A stretch of DNA of 64,000 bases from Anaerolineae bacterium (GTDB lineage: Bacteria > Chloroflexota > Anaerolineae > SpSt-600). Position numbers and translations under genes: made by a program. The notes beneath the pieces were generated by a model. That model was not told where the DNA came from. It saw only the letters and a list, made by a program, of their open reading frames with translations, and made no database searches. This document shows, piece by piece, positions 62,936 to 64,000 of the stretch. Location of the stretch: assembly GCA_042408195.1 (NCBI GenBank), contig JBHOQL010000072.1:24032-88031 (forward strand), given 5' to 3'. How positions within the stretch are numbered: position 1 is the first letter of the stretch; every line of letters begins with the position of its first letter.

Positions 62936-64000
62936 TCAAGCCTTCGGAATTACGAAGTAAAAGGTGCTTCCTTTGCCCAACTGGCTTTTGGCCCAGACCT
63001 TGCCTCCGTGCGCCTCCACTATACCTTTGACTATAGCCAGGCCAAGCCCCATGCCCCCAAACTGTCGCTTGGCAGAGCTATCCACCTGATAGAAACGCTC
63101 GAAGATCTTGTCCAACTTATCTTCAGGTATCCCTATCCCGGTATCCTCCACCTCTGCCTGGACGTATTCCCCTACATCTTTGAGGCGTATGGTCACGGTC
63201 CCGCCGTAAGGGCTAAATTTTATGGCATTATTGATAAGGTTATCGAAAACCTGGATGAGCCGGTTCTTATCGCCTTTTACCAAGGGAAGATCCACAGGAA
63301 TTTCCAACTTGAATTCAATCCCTGCGGTCTGAGCCATTAGAGTGGCGCTCCGGACGGATAGGCGGGCGATTTCTTCGAGAGAAACAGGCTCCAGTTTCAG
63401 TTCCTCTTTCTCGAGTTTCTGCAGAGTAATCATGTCTTCAACAAGCCTGGTCATAATGTCCGTTTTTTCAGAAACCACCTCAAGGGCTTCCTCCTGCTCT
63501 GGGGTCAAGGGGCCCATGGACTTCTCACGCATAAGTTCCACATAACCCTTTATGAAGGTAAGGGGTGATCGGAGTTCGTGAGAAACGTTTTGAAGGAGTT
63601 CTGTCTTGAAGCGGGAAAGTTCGCTAACTTCATCATAAGCTTTCTTCAAGGCTTCTGCTTTCTCTTTAAGCCGCTCGTAAAGGGTAGCATTCTCTATAGC
63701 TATAGCCGCTTGGACAGCTGCTATGGAAAGGAACCTCTCGTCATCTGGAGTGAAAGCATTAGGGATAATATGGTCAACGCTCAGGGTGCCGATCACTTTG
63801 TCCCTTATTTTTAGTGGCACTACCAGTATGGAGCGGACCGAGCGATCAAAGAAAATGAAATCGGGTTCAAGGTATGTATCAGGCACATAGATAGGTCGAC
63901 CTAGGGCCACAGCTTTGCCGCTTATACCCTCCCCTACCCTAAGTTTAGCTTCTGTCCGCCATCGCGAAATTATGCCACTGGAGGCCTTTATCTCCAGAAG
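62936..64000 (-). CDS. GAF-domain sensor histidine kinase; 5' end lies outside the window
   Basis: GAF (VGEGISG..VPL..IGTL..AIAIENA), SHELRSPL, NLINNAIKF, DTGIGI, GMGLGL; frame is open to 64000. Confidence 0.95.
   Translation of the reverse strand, partial: LLEIKASSGIISRWRTEAKLRVGEGISGKAVALGRPIYVPDTYLEPDFIFFDRSVRSILVVPLKIRDKVIGTLSVDHIIPNAFTPDDERFLSIAAVQAAIAIENATLYERLKEKAEALKKAYDEVSELSRFKTELLQNVSHELRSPLTFIKGYVELMREKSMGPLTPEQEEALEVVSEKTDIMTRLVEDMITLQKLEKEELKLEPVSLEEIARLSVRSATLMAQTAGIEFKLEIPVDLPLVKGDKNRLIQVFDNLINNAIKFSPYGGTVTIRLKDVGEYVQAEVEDTGIGIPEDKLDKIFERFYQVDSSAKRQFGGMGLGLAIVKGIVEAHGGKVWAKSQLGKGSTFYFVIPKA

Overview
A gene-dense core-chromosome window from a probably thermophilic, anaerobic Chloroflexota (Anaerolineae-like) bacterium. 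The taxon is inferred from the GC-rich 16S with a short V3 loop and from the gene content. The window holds a complete 16S-23S-5S rRNA operon with no spacer tRNA, a group 3b [NiFe]-hydrogenase operon, and futalosine-route menaquinone genes (mqnL/mqnP) joined to an ABC importer. It also has a second, archaeal-like UbiD, methylmalonyl-CoA mutase, stress genes (lon, 2x Hsp20, 2x HtrA), polA, polX, lipid/envelope genes and a ptb-add-ptb operon. I saw no CRISPR array, tRNA, transposase, integrase or prophage. The signals the ORF track misses are: a decayed archaeal-type KaiC-domain/regulator gene pair (about 14.5-15.26 kb), a degenerate non-coding repeat family flanking one gene in inverted orientation (39.7-41.8 kb), an antisense-interleaved gene arrangement around a LysM gene, a 5S rRNA whose closing helix looks like the operon terminator and overlaps a CDS, a decayed DUF11 secreted-protein gene, and several candidate operators. 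Family assignments come from motif recognition, not database searches. I cannot claim a definitively new biological system.
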